From: Eubacteriales bacterium
Lineage (GTDB): Bacteria > Bacillota > Clostridia > Oscillospirales > CAG-272
DNA length: 33,314 nt
Reading direction: 5' to 3'
Assembly: GCA_045633025.1 (NCBI GenBank)
Contig: JAZQXS010000349.1
Location: 1-33,314, forward strand
The notes beneath the pieces are model-generated. The model worked only from the letters and a program-made list of their open reading frames with translations. It was not told the origin of the DNA and did no database searches. This document shows, one piece after another, positions 16,616-25,659 of the stretch. The position numbers and the translations under genes are program-made. Positions within the stretch are counted from its first letter, which is position 1. The number at the start of each line of letters is the position of its first letter.

Positions 16616-17374
16616 TTATCGGAACCACTTCCCTACCTGCACGCCCCGCTCGCCATGGAAGCCGATGCGCAGGATGCGATACCACACCTCGTCCGCAGGA
16701 CAGCTTTCGGGAAGAATGCCCACGCGGTCGCGCATGGCCTTAATGAGGTATTCGGGATTGAGGTTTTCGGTGTTGCCCGCGCGCAGGGTGGCGCGGAGAT
16801 GGATCAGACCGTTCGGATCCGCCACGGCCTTGGCGCTGTGGATCATGGGAAGGATATTGACCTCCTTATCCCCCGATTTGGAGCGCTTGGTCATGATGAT
16901 GGGCTCGGCATCCGGCGTGAAAATGCTGTTTATAGCCTTGGAATTGTCGATGGGATCGCCGGGGGTTTTCATGGTGATCTCATAGGTGCCCCAGGCTATG
17001 TCCGAGAAGGAGGTTTTGGGGATATAGACCTCCGAGACCAGCATCTCGCCTGTGAGCTCGGCGTTGAGCTGGTTCTTGATCTCCTCGCAGGTGATCCTGC
17101 GGTCGATGCGGAGATCCACCATCTCCCCCATACCCTCGGAGCCAACGGGCAGGGGCACGCCGAAGGTGATCTTGCTGTGAGGGTTGAAGCCCTGCGTATA
17201 CCACATGGGGATGGAAGCGCGCACCAGCACGCGTTGCCAGGTACGCTGAAGATCCAAATGGGAGAAATACTGAAGATTTCCCGTTTTCTGGAACACAACG
17301 CGAACCGTGATGGGCTCGGCCAGCAGTTCGCGGTCAAATTTGGAAATACGGTTTACTTTGCCTTGGGACAGCAT
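16616..17374 (-). CDS. TIGR03936-family radical SAM-linked protein (DUF2344)
   Basis: F.K.G.LQYFSHLDLQR...R.LVRA.IP..Y.QGFNPH.KI.F..PLPVG motif; overlaps the TIGR03960 gene. Confidence 0.88.
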   Translation of the reverse strand: MLSQGKVNRISKFDRELLAEPITVRVVFQKTGNLQYFSHLDLQRTWQRVLVRASIPMWYTQGFNPHSKITFGVPLPVGSEGMGEMVDLRIDRRITCEEIKNQLNAELTGEMLVSEVYIPKTSFSDIAWGTYEITMKTPGDPIDNSKAINSIFTPDAEPIIMTKRSKSGDKEVNILPMIHSAKAVADPNGLIHLRATLRAGNTENLNPEYLIKAMRDRVGILPESCPADEVWYRILRIGFHGERGVQVGKWFR

Positions 17375-19212
17375 GCGCGCTCACCTCCCATTTTATTTGC
17401 GCCGCAGCCCGAGCAGTTCTCTCGGCAGTTGGGGGTAGTGCTTCCCTCATGGGCGCGGGCGTTCTCTCTTTGCAGGAATTTCTTGGTCACTCCGCAATCG
17501 ATGATATCCCAGGGCAGGGTCTCGTCGAGGGCGTAGCGGCGGTTGGCGTAAAAGGCAGGATCGATACCGGTCGCGGCGAAAATATCCATCCACGCATCGT
17601 AGTCGAAGAACTCTGACCAGGCCTCGAACTTGAAGCCGCGGCGGCAGGCCTCCTCCAGGGCGGGGGCAAGACGGCGGTCGCCGCGCGCCAGAACGGCCTC
17701 CAGACGGCAGGTCTTGGCGTTGTGATAGTTATACTTCACCCGACGGTCGCGGACGCAGGAGCCCACGAAGTCCTGCTTGCGCTCCATCTCCTCCAAGGTG
17801 TCCTGGGGCTCCCATTGGAAGGGAGTGAAAGGCTTGGGAATGAAGGGGGAGACGCTGATGGTGACCTGGGGATGCTTCCCCTTCTGGCGGTTGGGGTTTT
17901 GATAGTAGGCCGAGGCGACGCGGTGCGCCAGCTCGGGAATCTCGGAAAGATCCTCGTCGGTCTCGGTGGGGTGACCCTGCATGAAGTAGAGCTTGACCTG
18001 GTTCTTGCCCGCGTCAAAGGCTACGTTGACCGCTCGCATAAGGTCTTCCTCATAGAGGTTTTTGTTGATGACGTCGCGGAGACGCTGAGAGCCTGCCTCG
18101 GGCGCGAAGGTGATGGTGGAATTGCGGATGGAGGCCACCTTATCCATGAGCTCCCGGGTGAAGGAGTCGGCGCGCAGGGAGGGCAGGGACAGGCTGACCA
18201 TATTGGGGTTTGACCAAGACAGGAGCTTGTCGGTCAGGCAGTCGATCTCGGTATAGTCGCTGATGGACAGGGAGGACAGGGACATTTCCTCGTAGCCCGA
18301 GGACTCAAAGATGGCGCGGCACTGGCAATCCACCACGTCGGGGGTTTTTTCACGAACGGGACGGTAGACCATGCCTGCCTGGCAGAAGCGGCAACCGCGG
18401 ATACAGCCGCGGCCTACCTCTACGGTGATACGATCCTGCACCGTCTCGATATAGGGCATGACCACCTTCTCGGGGAAAGGCGCCTTGTCCAGATCCTCCA
18501 CGATGCGCTTGGTGACGGCTTTCGGGATATCATCGTAGATAGGGGTGTAGGCCTCGACGGTGCCGTCGGGGTTGTAGGTAACGGTGTAGAGGGAGGGGAC
18601 GTAGACACCCTGGATGCTGCGGGCGGCCTCATGGAGGAAGCCTGCGCGGGTGTAGGTTCCCTCGTCCTTCATTTTAATATAGAGGCGGACGATCTCGGGG
18701 AGCATTTCCTCGCCCTCGCCGATGTTGAAGAGATCGAAGAAATCCGCCACAGGCTCTGGGTTATAGGAGCAGGGGCCGCCGCCGATGACCAGCGGGCAGT
18801 CCTCCCCGCGGTCGGCAGAGCGGAGGGGGATGCGCGAAAGCTCCAGCATGTTCAGCACGGTGGTGTAGCACATTTCGTACTGGAGGGTAAAGCCCAAAAA
18901 GTCAAAGTCGGCCACGGGGTCGCCGCTCTCCAGGCAGGTCAGCGGGACGTTCTGCTCTACCATTTTCTCCTGCATATCCACCCAGGGGGCATAGGTGCGC
19001 TCGCACCAGATATCATCGTGGAGGTTGAGGCAGTGGTAGAGAATACGAACGCCCAGGTTGGACATACCGATCTCATAGGAATCGGGGAATGCGAAGGCGA
19101 ACCGCGCTTTCACGGCGGATTTATCCTTTAGGATCTGACCGTATTCACCGCCCGCGTAGCGGCCGGGGCGGGAAACCGAGGTCAAGAGCATACGTTTCTG
19201 ATTTTGATTCAT
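17353..19212 (-). CDS. TIGR03960-family radical SAM protein
   Basis: P.RYAGGE, FPDSYEIGMSNLG, RGCIRGCRFCQAG (CxxxCxxC), TFAPEAGSQRLR, F.PKP.TPFQW and a C-terminal C-x3-C-x2-C cluster. Confidence 0.92.
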   Translation of the reverse strand: MNQNQKRMLLTSVSRPGRYAGGEYGQILKDKSAVKARFAFAFPDSYEIGMSNLGVRILYHCLNLHDDIWCERTYAPWVDMQEKMVEQNVPLTCLESGDPVADFDFLGFTLQYEMCYTTVLNMLELSRIPLRSADRGEDCPLVIGGGPCSYNPEPVADFFDLFNIGEGEEMLPEIVRLYIKMKDEGTYTRAGFLHEAARSIQGVYVPSLYTVTYNPDGTVEAYTPIYDDIPKAVTKRIVEDLDKAPFPEKVVMPYIETVQDRITVEVGRGCIRGCRFCQAGMVYRPVREKTPDVVDCQCRAIFESSGYEEMSLSSLSISDYTEIDCLTDKLLSWSNPNMVSLSLPSLRADSFTRELMDKVASIRNSTITFAPEAGSQRLRDVINKNLYEEDLMRAVNVAFDAGKNQVKLYFMQGHPTETDEDLSEIPELAHRVASAYYQNPNRQKGKHPQVTISVSPFIPKPFTPFQWEPQDTLEEMERKQDFVGSCVRDRRVKYNYHNAKTCRLEAVLARGDRRLAPALEEACRRGFKFEAWSEFFDYDAWMDIFAATGIDPAFYANRRYALDETLPWDIIDCGVTKKFLQRENARAHEGSTTPNCRENCSGCGANKMGGERACCPKAK

Positions 19213-19221
19213 AATGACGTG

Positions 19222-22200
19222 TTATCTCTGCTTTCTTGTTTGATTTGTTTTGGTAGCGGTATTCGCGGATTCGGCGGCGAGCTCTTCCCTGCCGGGCTTG
19301 GACTCGCCCGGGGCGGAATCGTTTCGCGGCGCTTGTCCGAGGGCTTCGCGGCTCGTTGCGGCCGAGGCGATCCAAAGGGTCACGCCGCCCTGGAGAAGCT
19401 GCCAGAGAACGACAGCTCCCGATAGGAACGGCCACGTCCAGCCAAGGCAGGCGGCCAGAACCGAGAGCCCGACTCCGGGAATCAGGCAAAGCCATTGGAA
19501 GAGGTTGGCTCGGCGGTACGCGCGGAGCATGGCGCGGCAAGCGTTCAGGGGGTGGAGAATATCCAGGCTTCGTCCCGTGGCGATCAAGCCGCTCTCTCTG
19601 AACGTGCGGCTGGCTTCAAAGCTCTCGGGACGCAGGACGTCCAGCCTTCCCCGCTTGCGCAGACGGGTGAGACCGTCCATAGCGGGATCTACAAGCGGGT
19701 CGAAGGAGGAAACGGAGACCTCGTAGCCCTGGTCGTACAGGCTGGCGACGCTGTGGGAGAAGGTACGCCCCACCCGGTATTCCATGGCGTACGCCAGATG
19801 GAAATTGCGGTTGAAGGCTACGTAGAGCACGTGGCTCCCTTCGCTCTTTTTGTATCGCTGCTCCATGCTGAGCTTGGGTAAACGGATACCCCGCCGGGTC
19901 AGCGCGACGTGAGAGCCCATCATGATCTCGGTGGTGGATTTCTCGTCGGCATTGACCAGGTACAGGCGCAGGTACTGCTCGTCGATCTCGGCGATCTCGA
20001 TCCGTTCGCGCTCCGTATGTGTCTCGCGCAAAATGGGCTCTACGGCGAGGGGCGTATGCAAAAGACGGAACACGGTATCGGCCATGCGGCGGAATTCCTC
20101 GGAGCGGGTGTCACCCCGCAGGGTTATATCCTTCCGATAGAGCGCCTTCAACGCGTCGCCGTCCGAAAAGATCAGGTGAGCGGGCGTGGGGGTGATATAG
20201 TCTGAGGGGGCGGCCGTTCCGATGACGGCGGCGCCTTTCTGACCGAGCTCTCGGTTGACGCGGTGGAGGGGCATCGTCATAGCGATCAGGTAAGAGGACG
20301 GCAGGCAGAGCAGATACGTGGCGGTGAACGTCCGCAGAGCGTCGGTAAAGCCAGCGTCATGCAGAGCCAGGCGCAATCCCGCGCAGAGGATGGCGGCCAG
20401 AAGCGCGGCGGGCAGAAGATAGTTCAGCCGTCCCATGTAGGGATTGTACCGTCCTGTACGGGCAAAATAATCGGATACGCACCCTGCGCGAACCACTGTG
20501 AACACACGGCGGCGGGGGTGGATCTCCTCCCGCTCCTGCAATGCGTCCAGCGCGGCAGAGGCGGGGGTGGCTTCATCGGTCAGCAGATAGGGGGCCTTGC
20601 CCGAGGAGGCCACAAGGAAGGCGCGGTGCTCGCCCTCGGTCACAAGGAGCTCGGACAGAGCGGCCACGGCCAGCATGAACAGCGCCGCGCTGCCGAACAG
20701 AGGAAGGCTGTACGGATTCCCTACCGTCCACGCGATCCCGCCGTGGATCAAGGCGACAAGCAGAGCCACCGACGAAACGGTATAGCGGGTCGGTTCGAAA
20801 TCCAAAAGGCCCTTGAATCCCCGCCCCAGACGCGGAAGGAAGGGGAGGGAGATCATGAGGAGCCAGATAAGCCCCAGGGGGATGTAGTAGGGTGTGTCGA
20901 CCGGAGTAGGACGGCTGACAGGCGCCAGCAGAACGGGCAGAAGCTCGTAGAGCAGGCCGATCAACGCGCCCATAGAGGCGACCGCCAGCCGCGCGATATT
21001 CTTTTGGCGGGCATGACCGTACGCGCTCTCGACTCCGGCGGTGTCCTCCCTGCCTCGGTACTCACGCTCCGCGCGGACGGAGGGGATTTCGGCAGCGCGG
21101 CGGAGCGGATGGTTTTCTTCGGCCGCTTTTTGCGTGTTGGATTCGTGGAGCTTTTCCACCTTGATCTGGTCGTCTGTATGGCGGAGGGAGGTCTCATATC
21201 CCAGCCGCAGGTACAGATCGGTGTCACTCAGCTCGGATTCCTCCTGCTCCTCGCGGTTGTTGGCCGCCATGTGATTCGTGTAATTGTCGTTTGCATCCGA
21301 TCGCCGGTTGGATGCCTCGGCCGATTCGGCGGGAGCCGGAGAGGCGGTCGGGGCAGGCGCAGGCTTTCGCACAGTGGAGGAAATATCATCCAAGCCCAAC
21401 TGGAGGGGGGAGAATACCCGGGAGACTGTACGCGGACGCGGCGCATCCGAAGAGGGCGCTTGCGCGGGAGCCGAGAATTTGTGATTTATGGGGGGAATAT
21501 CGGCTATGTGGGTTTGAGACGGTATGATTTCCTCGGGGGCTTGGCTTTCAAGGATCAATCGCTGATTTTCACCGGCGAGCTCCAAAAGGCGTTGTCCGCC
21601 GATCTCGGCGGAGACCGACGCGCTGTTCAGATGATCGTCGGGGAGCGCATCGGACGTGGGACGGCGATAGATAGCCGGCTGAGGCGGTGACGGTATGGGC
21701 GCAGGAATGGGATCCTCCAACGGGGGAATTTTTTTGTCCATGTCCTCGTCAAGCTCGTCCTCGGGAATATCCTCGTCTATGTCTTCGTCGAGCTCGTCCT
21801 CGGGAATATCCTCGTCTATGTCTTCTTCAATCTCGTCCTCGGGGAAATCCTCGTCCATGTCTTCGTCAAACTCGTCCTCGGGAACATCCTCGTCTATGTC
21901 CTCGTCAAACTCGTCTTCGAGAATATGCTCGTTCGAAGTAGAGGCGAACTCATTTTTCGAATCAGACAGATCCTCGTTCAGATTCTCGCGGAATTCTATA
22001 CTTCCCTCGGCTTCTTCCCATTCAAATTCGGATGTATCCGGCACGTCGGCGGGCGTTGCGCATTCGGCGCTTTTATGGAGCTGGGCGCGGAGTAGCACGG
22101 CCAGATCATCCTCTACGCGGTTATTTTCCGTCGGCTCCGGGTCATTCGGTTCTGCATTCATGGAAGCCTTCAGCTTTTCAGCCCAGTCCACGGATGCTGC

Positions 22201-22227
22201 TTCGGACTTGTTTTGGGGTGTGGGCAA
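19222..22227 (-). CDS. Large membrane protein with an acidic disordered N-terminus; degenerate P1B-ATPase-like C-terminal half (hypothetical)
   Basis: 1001-aa ORF with a TTG start and GGGAGG SD. About 8 TM segments in a 4+2+2 layout. No DKTGT, TGE or GDGxND motifs. Confidence 0.75.
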   Translation of the reverse strand: MPTPQNKSEAASVDWAEKLKASMNAEPNDPEPTENNRVEDDLAVLLRAQLHKSAECATPADVPDTSEFEWEEAEGSIEFRENLNEDLSDSKNEFASTSNEHILEDEFDEDIDEDVPEDEFDEDMDEDFPEDEIEEDIDEDIPEDELDEDIDEDIPEDELDEDMDKKIPPLEDPIPAPIPSPPQPAIYRRPTSDALPDDHLNSASVSAEIGGQRLLELAGENQRLILESQAPEEIIPSQTHIADIPPINHKFSAPAQAPSSDAPRPRTVSRVFSPLQLGLDDISSTVRKPAPAPTASPAPAESAEASNRRSDANDNYTNHMAANNREEQEESELSDTDLYLRLGYETSLRHTDDQIKVEKLHESNTQKAAEENHPLRRAAEIPSVRAEREYRGREDTAGVESAYGHARQKNIARLAVASMGALIGLLYELLPVLLAPVSRPTPVDTPYYIPLGLIWLLMISLPFLPRLGRGFKGLLDFEPTRYTVSSVALLVALIHGGIAWTVGNPYSLPLFGSAALFMLAVAALSELLVTEGEHRAFLVASSGKAPYLLTDEATPASAALDALQEREEIHPRRRVFTVVRAGCVSDYFARTGRYNPYMGRLNYLLPAALLAAILCAGLRLALHDAGFTDALRTFTATYLLCLPSSYLIAMTMPLHRVNRELGQKGAAVIGTAAPSDYITPTPAHLIFSDGDALKALYRKDITLRGDTRSEEFRRMADTVFRLLHTPLAVEPILRETHTERERIEIAEIDEQYLRLYLVNADEKSTTEIMMGSHVALTRRGIRLPKLSMEQRYKKSEGSHVLYVAFNRNFHLAYAMEYRVGRTFSHSVASLYDQGYEVSVSSFDPLVDPAMDGLTRLRKRGRLDVLRPESFEASRTFRESGLIATGRSLDILHPLNACRAMLRAYRRANLFQWLCLIPGVGLSVLAACLGWTWPFLSGAVVLWQLLQGGVTLWIASAATSREALGQAPRNDSAPGESKPGREELAAESANTATKTNQTRKQR
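21724..21918 (-). repeat. Five 39-bp coding tandem repeats (EDE[FIL][DE]ED[IM]DED[VFI]P)
   Basis: EDEFDEDIDEDVP/EDEFDEDMDEDFP/EDEIEEDIDEDIP/EDELDEDIDEDIP/EDELDEDMDKKIP. Confidence 0.9.
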
Positions 22228-22263
22228 ATCTGTCCCTCCCTTCTGTTTGATATGGTAGGGTGA

Positions 22264-23322
22264 TCAATCAAGGTGATGCTGGCGCGCGATCTCGGCCAGG
22301 ATCACCGAGGCGGCGGTGGAAACGTTGAAGGAATTGACGTGGCCGTACATGGGGATGGACACGATGCCGTCGCAGGCCTCCTTGACCACGCGGGAAACGC
22401 CGTCTCCCTCACTACCCATGACCAGGGCGCAGGCTCCGCGGAAGTCGGTGTCATAGTGCGCCGAGCCGCCTGCCTCGGCGGCGTAGACCCATACGCCGGC
22501 CTTCTGCAATTCCAGAATGGTGGTGTGAATATTGGCTACCTTGGCCACGGCCAGATGCTCCATGGCGCCCGCTGAGGACTTAGCGACCAGAGCGGTCAGA
22601 CCCACGGCGCGGCGGCGGGGGATGATGAGACCGTGGGCGCCGCAGCCCTCGGCGCAGCGGATCAGCGCGCCCAGATTGTAGGGGTCGGTGATGCCGTCGG
22701 CGATGACGATGAAGGGCTTCTCCCCGCGTTCGGCGGCGATGGCCAGGATATCCTCCACCGAGCAGTAGTCCTTCTGCGCCACCATGGCGATGACACCCTG
22801 GTGAGGCACGAACCCGGCCAGGCTGTCCAGCTTGGCCTTGTCTACCTCTACGATGGGGATACCCTTTTCGACGGCCTCGGCGACCAGCGCCACGATCGAG
22901 CCCTCGCGGTCGCCGCGGCGAACCAGGAGCTTGTCCACGGTGCGGTCGGAGCGGAGAAGCTCGCGGACGGCGTTACGGCCAATCACCAATCCGAGAGCAG
23001 CGCTATCGGAACCGCCCTCGGCCTCGGGATCGGGGGTGTTGCCGTCTTCATCGAGATCGTCACGGGTATCGCGGTCGTACTGCTTTTTCTCGTAGGTTCT
23101 GTGCTCGTCGCGGGGACGATCCGGATAGGGCTTCTTGTCGTAGGGCTTGTCACCGTAGGCCTTCTTTTCGTAAGGTTTTTTCTCGAAGGACTTCCCTTCC
23201 TTGTAGGGGCGGTCGCCCGTGGGGGTGAAGTTCTTGTCGGCGGGGTATTTCTTGACGCCCTTTCCGCCCTCGGGCTTGTAGGACTTTTTACGGTCGCCGC
23301 GGTCGTTGTTATTGTATGCCAT
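22264..23322 (-). CDS. rlmB: 23S rRNA Gm2251 2'-O-methyltransferase (SpoU/TrmH family) with a ~110-aa charged N-terminal extension
   Basis: GRNAVRE, HQGVIA, DGITDPYNLGALIR, GSEGDG and SIPM.G.VNSFNVS motifs. Start at ATG 23322 with a GAAAGGA SD. Confidence 0.92.
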   Translation of the reverse strand: MAYNNNDRGDRKKSYKPEGGKGVKKYPADKNFTPTGDRPYKEGKSFEKKPYEKKAYGDKPYDKKPYPDRPRDEHRTYEKKQYDRDTRDDLDEDGNTPDPEAEGGSDSAALGLVIGRNAVRELLRSDRTVDKLLVRRGDREGSIVALVAEAVEKGIPIVEVDKAKLDSLAGFVPHQGVIAMVAQKDYCSVEDILAIAAERGEKPFIVIADGITDPYNLGALIRCAEGCGAHGLIIPRRRAVGLTALVAKSSAGAMEHLAVAKVANIHTTILELQKAGVWVYAAEAGGSAHYDTDFRGACALVMGSEGDGVSRVVKEACDGIVSIPMYGHVNSFNVSTAASVILAEIARQHHLD

Positions 23323-23364
23323 GTGGATGGTTCCTTTCAAAAATATAAAAAATATACAGAATAT

Positions 23365-23393
23365 ATTATAGCATAAAAAAAGGATTTTGTATA
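23365..23393 (-). promoter_or_regulatory. Extended -10 sigma-A promoter of rlmB
   Basis: TATACA-17-TATAAT with TGc before the -10. Confidence 0.6.
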
Positions 23394-23426
23394 GGGCTTT
23401 TGGGAGATTTTTTGTAGTTTTTCGGC

Positions 23427-23457
23427 AAAAAAATCCCCACACCCGTAGGTGTGGGGA
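23427..23457 (-). terminator. Intrinsic terminator after the putative anti-sigma gene
   Basis: TCCCCACACC-cgta-GGTGTGGGGA hairpin followed by a U-tract on the minus strand. Confidence 0.8.
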
Positions 23458-23464
23458 AAAGATT

Positions 23465-24874
23465 TCAGGTGGCGGGGTTTTCAATGAGGACGGCGGTGTA
23501 GGTTCTCTCTATGTTTTCGGAATCATAGCCCTCCAGTAGGTAGAACCGTCCGTCGGTGGTTTTGACGATGCAACCGGGGCCGATACCATGGTAGCCGTAC
23601 TCTTCCGTATGAGGACATTCTGCATTTATATGACCGTTCGACGACTGGTATTCTCCATGCTCACGGTCTAATTCTGCCCACGTTCCGTCTTTGAAAATGA
23701 TGAATTCCCGTGTTTCGTCGGTTTCGCTCATGGTTACGTGATAAAAGCTGTAATCGGTGTAGTAGAAAATGCTGCGACCGCCACCGGACGTATCAGCATC
23801 TTTGAAGATGCTCTGCACGATCTCGTTACCGGCTACGGCGTTGATCTCTTCGTAGGTCACGGGCGTGAAGTCCACCAGACTCTGACCGTTCTTCCCTTCC
23901 TCGGCATAGGTCGCAAGCAGCGCATTGACCTGCTCCTCGGTTACGGCGGCGGGATCGGTGAAGCGTACGGAGCCCAGTACGGCGGCGCGCGCGATGGTCA
24001 TTGCGTGCTGGGTCATTCCGGACTTGGACATGCCGGAGCTATGATCCATAACGTATTTTTTGCCCACGTAAATGGCGCCGGCTCCCGTAATCTGTCCTTC
24101 CTCGTTGGTCACCGTGTACAGAATTACGTCTTCCTCTACGGCGTCCTCAGGAGCGGAGTAATCAAAGCCCAGGATGACGCTGGAGGAGAAGGGGTCAATG
24201 GTCAACTCACGCTCGTAGAACGTATAGGATTCGTCCGTGGCGGAGTATTTGGAGGCCTTTTCGGGCGCCTTCCTGTTATCGAACTCGGAGCGATGGTGCA
24301 GGTTGTTGGTCAAATCCATGTAGTTCTGCCACTCGTCTTGGACTTTTTCCCATTCCTCCAAATCACCCTTTGTATAGAATATGTTGGGGTCGTAGGGCAT
24401 TCCCACGTATCCGAGACACTCTCGATTCGCGCGCAGTGTCACGGTCTCGCCGGGCAGACAGTCAAAGAGAAGCACATGCAGATTCGTAAAATAGTCGGTC
24501 TGCATAAAGTTCGTGCTGAGGCTCTCGGTGGGAATGGCAGGATCCGAAATGGTCGCGGTCTCGGTGGCGGAAAGCATATCCAGCCGCACGATGGGCGCAT
24601 CGTAGTAAGAAAGCTCGCCCGCGGAGGGGGCGGAGTCGGTGGCGGGCAGAGTTGCGGGCGGTACGGCGGGGTCGTCGGTCTTCAGCATAGGCAGAGCCAG
24701 CACCGCGCCCAGCGCCAGCACGGCTGTGAGGCAGGCGGCGGTGGCGGTCAGAAAGCGGCGGGTACGGGCGGTCTTGGATACGGCCGGAGCGTTCATGACG
24801 GTCATGGCTTCGGTCAGGGTATCGTCACGCAGGTGGTGGAACGCGTTATTGAGTTGATCTCGGTTGGTTTTCAT
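23465..24874 (-). CDS. Putative anti-sigma factor / single-TM extracytoplasmic protein
   Basis: Directly downstream of the ECF sigma gene. Short N-terminus (LNNAFHHLRDDTLTEA), one TM helix, P/T linker and a large acidic extracellular domain. Confidence 0.65.
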   Translation of the reverse strand: MKTNRDQLNNAFHHLRDDTLTEAMTVMNAPAVSKTARTRRFLTATAACLTAVLALGAVLALPMLKTDDPAVPPATLPATDSAPSAGELSYYDAPIVRLDMLSATETATISDPAIPTESLSTNFMQTDYFTNLHVLLFDCLPGETVTLRANRECLGYVGMPYDPNIFYTKGDLEEWEKVQDEWQNYMDLTNNLHHRSEFDNRKAPEKASKYSATDESYTFYERELTIDPFSSSVILGFDYSAPEDAVEEDVILYTVTNEEGQITGAGAIYVGKKYVMDHSSGMSKSGMTQHAMTIARAAVLGSVRFTDPAAVTEEQVNALLATYAEEGKNGQSLVDFTPVTYEEINAVAGNEIVQSIFKDADTSGGGRSIFYYTDYSFYHVTMSETDETREFIIFKDGTWAELDREHGEYQSSNGHINAECPHTEEYGYHGIGPGCIVKTTDGRFYLLEGYDSENIERTYTAVLIENPAT

Positions 24875-24927
24875 GAGGTTTCTCCTTTCTCGTAGCTCAT
24901 GGATGAATGGGCGAGGGTAAAACGGGC

Positions 24928-25509
24928 TTACAGATGTACGCCGTGCTCGGCGAGGATGCGGCGCAGACGCTTTCTCATACGGTTCAGACGCATCTCCACG
25001 GCGTGCTCTCCGAGGCCTCGCCGTTCGGCGATCTCGGCGTTGGAGTAGGCGGCGTAGTAGCGAAGCAGGAAAATGGCGCGGTTCTCCTTGTCCAAACCGT
25101 CCAAAAATACCTGCAGCGCGTCGCGTATGGCCATGGATTCATCGTCATTTTGCCCGTCCGGGTCAGCGAGGCATTGATCCAGCTCCTCCAGCGCGCAGAC
25201 GTATTCTCCGCCTCCCCGACGGCTCGCGGTATTGAAGCGCACGCGATCTACGGCGCGGCGGCGTACCAGCGCGCCGACGTAGGCGAGCAGGGTGGTGTCG
25301 GCATTGGTCGGCGGGTTTTGCCACAGGTCTAAAAGCGCGTCGTTGAGACATTCCTCGGCGTCCGAGGCAGAACCCGTGATCCGAAAGGCCAGACCGTACA
25401 GGAGTCTTCCCCAGCGGTCGGATACCTCGGTCAAGGCGGTTTCGTCGCGTCGCCGAAGCCGTTCCGGCAGGCGTTGCTCGGCGGTCACGTTGTGATATGT
25501 GGGAGACAT
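24928..25509 (-). CDS. ECF-type RNA polymerase sigma-70 factor
   Basis: Region 2 DAEECLNDALLDLW; region 4 IFLLRYYAAYSNAEIAERRG...V...L.R.RKRLR. ATG 25509 has an AAGGAGG SD. Confidence 0.9.
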   Translation of the reverse strand: MSPTYHNVTAEQRLPERLRRRDETALTEVSDRWGRLLYGLAFRITGSASDAEECLNDALLDLWQNPPTNADTTLLAYVGALVRRRAVDRVRFNTASRRGGGEYVCALEELDQCLADPDGQNDDESMAIRDALQVFLDGLDKENRAIFLLRYYAAYSNAEIAERRGLGEHAVEMRLNRMRKRLRRILAEHGVHL

Positions 25510-25659
25510 AGACCCTCCTTTCAGAATTGGTAAGGATTGAGCGGACACCCGGGGTGTCAAACACGTGTTCATCTATATTATCGAAAACGCGGGAGCTTTC
25601 CTCACGGTATTTTTCAAAAAAAGGAAAAATCCCCACGCCGTAACGCAGGGATATTCGGA

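Noticed and set aside
17353-19212. Radical SAM protein as the YtqA/MnmL partner of the YtqB-like methylase
   Set aside because: Its motifs and length fit TIGR03960 rather than the ~310-aa TIGR01212 family, and the genes are 13 kb apart.
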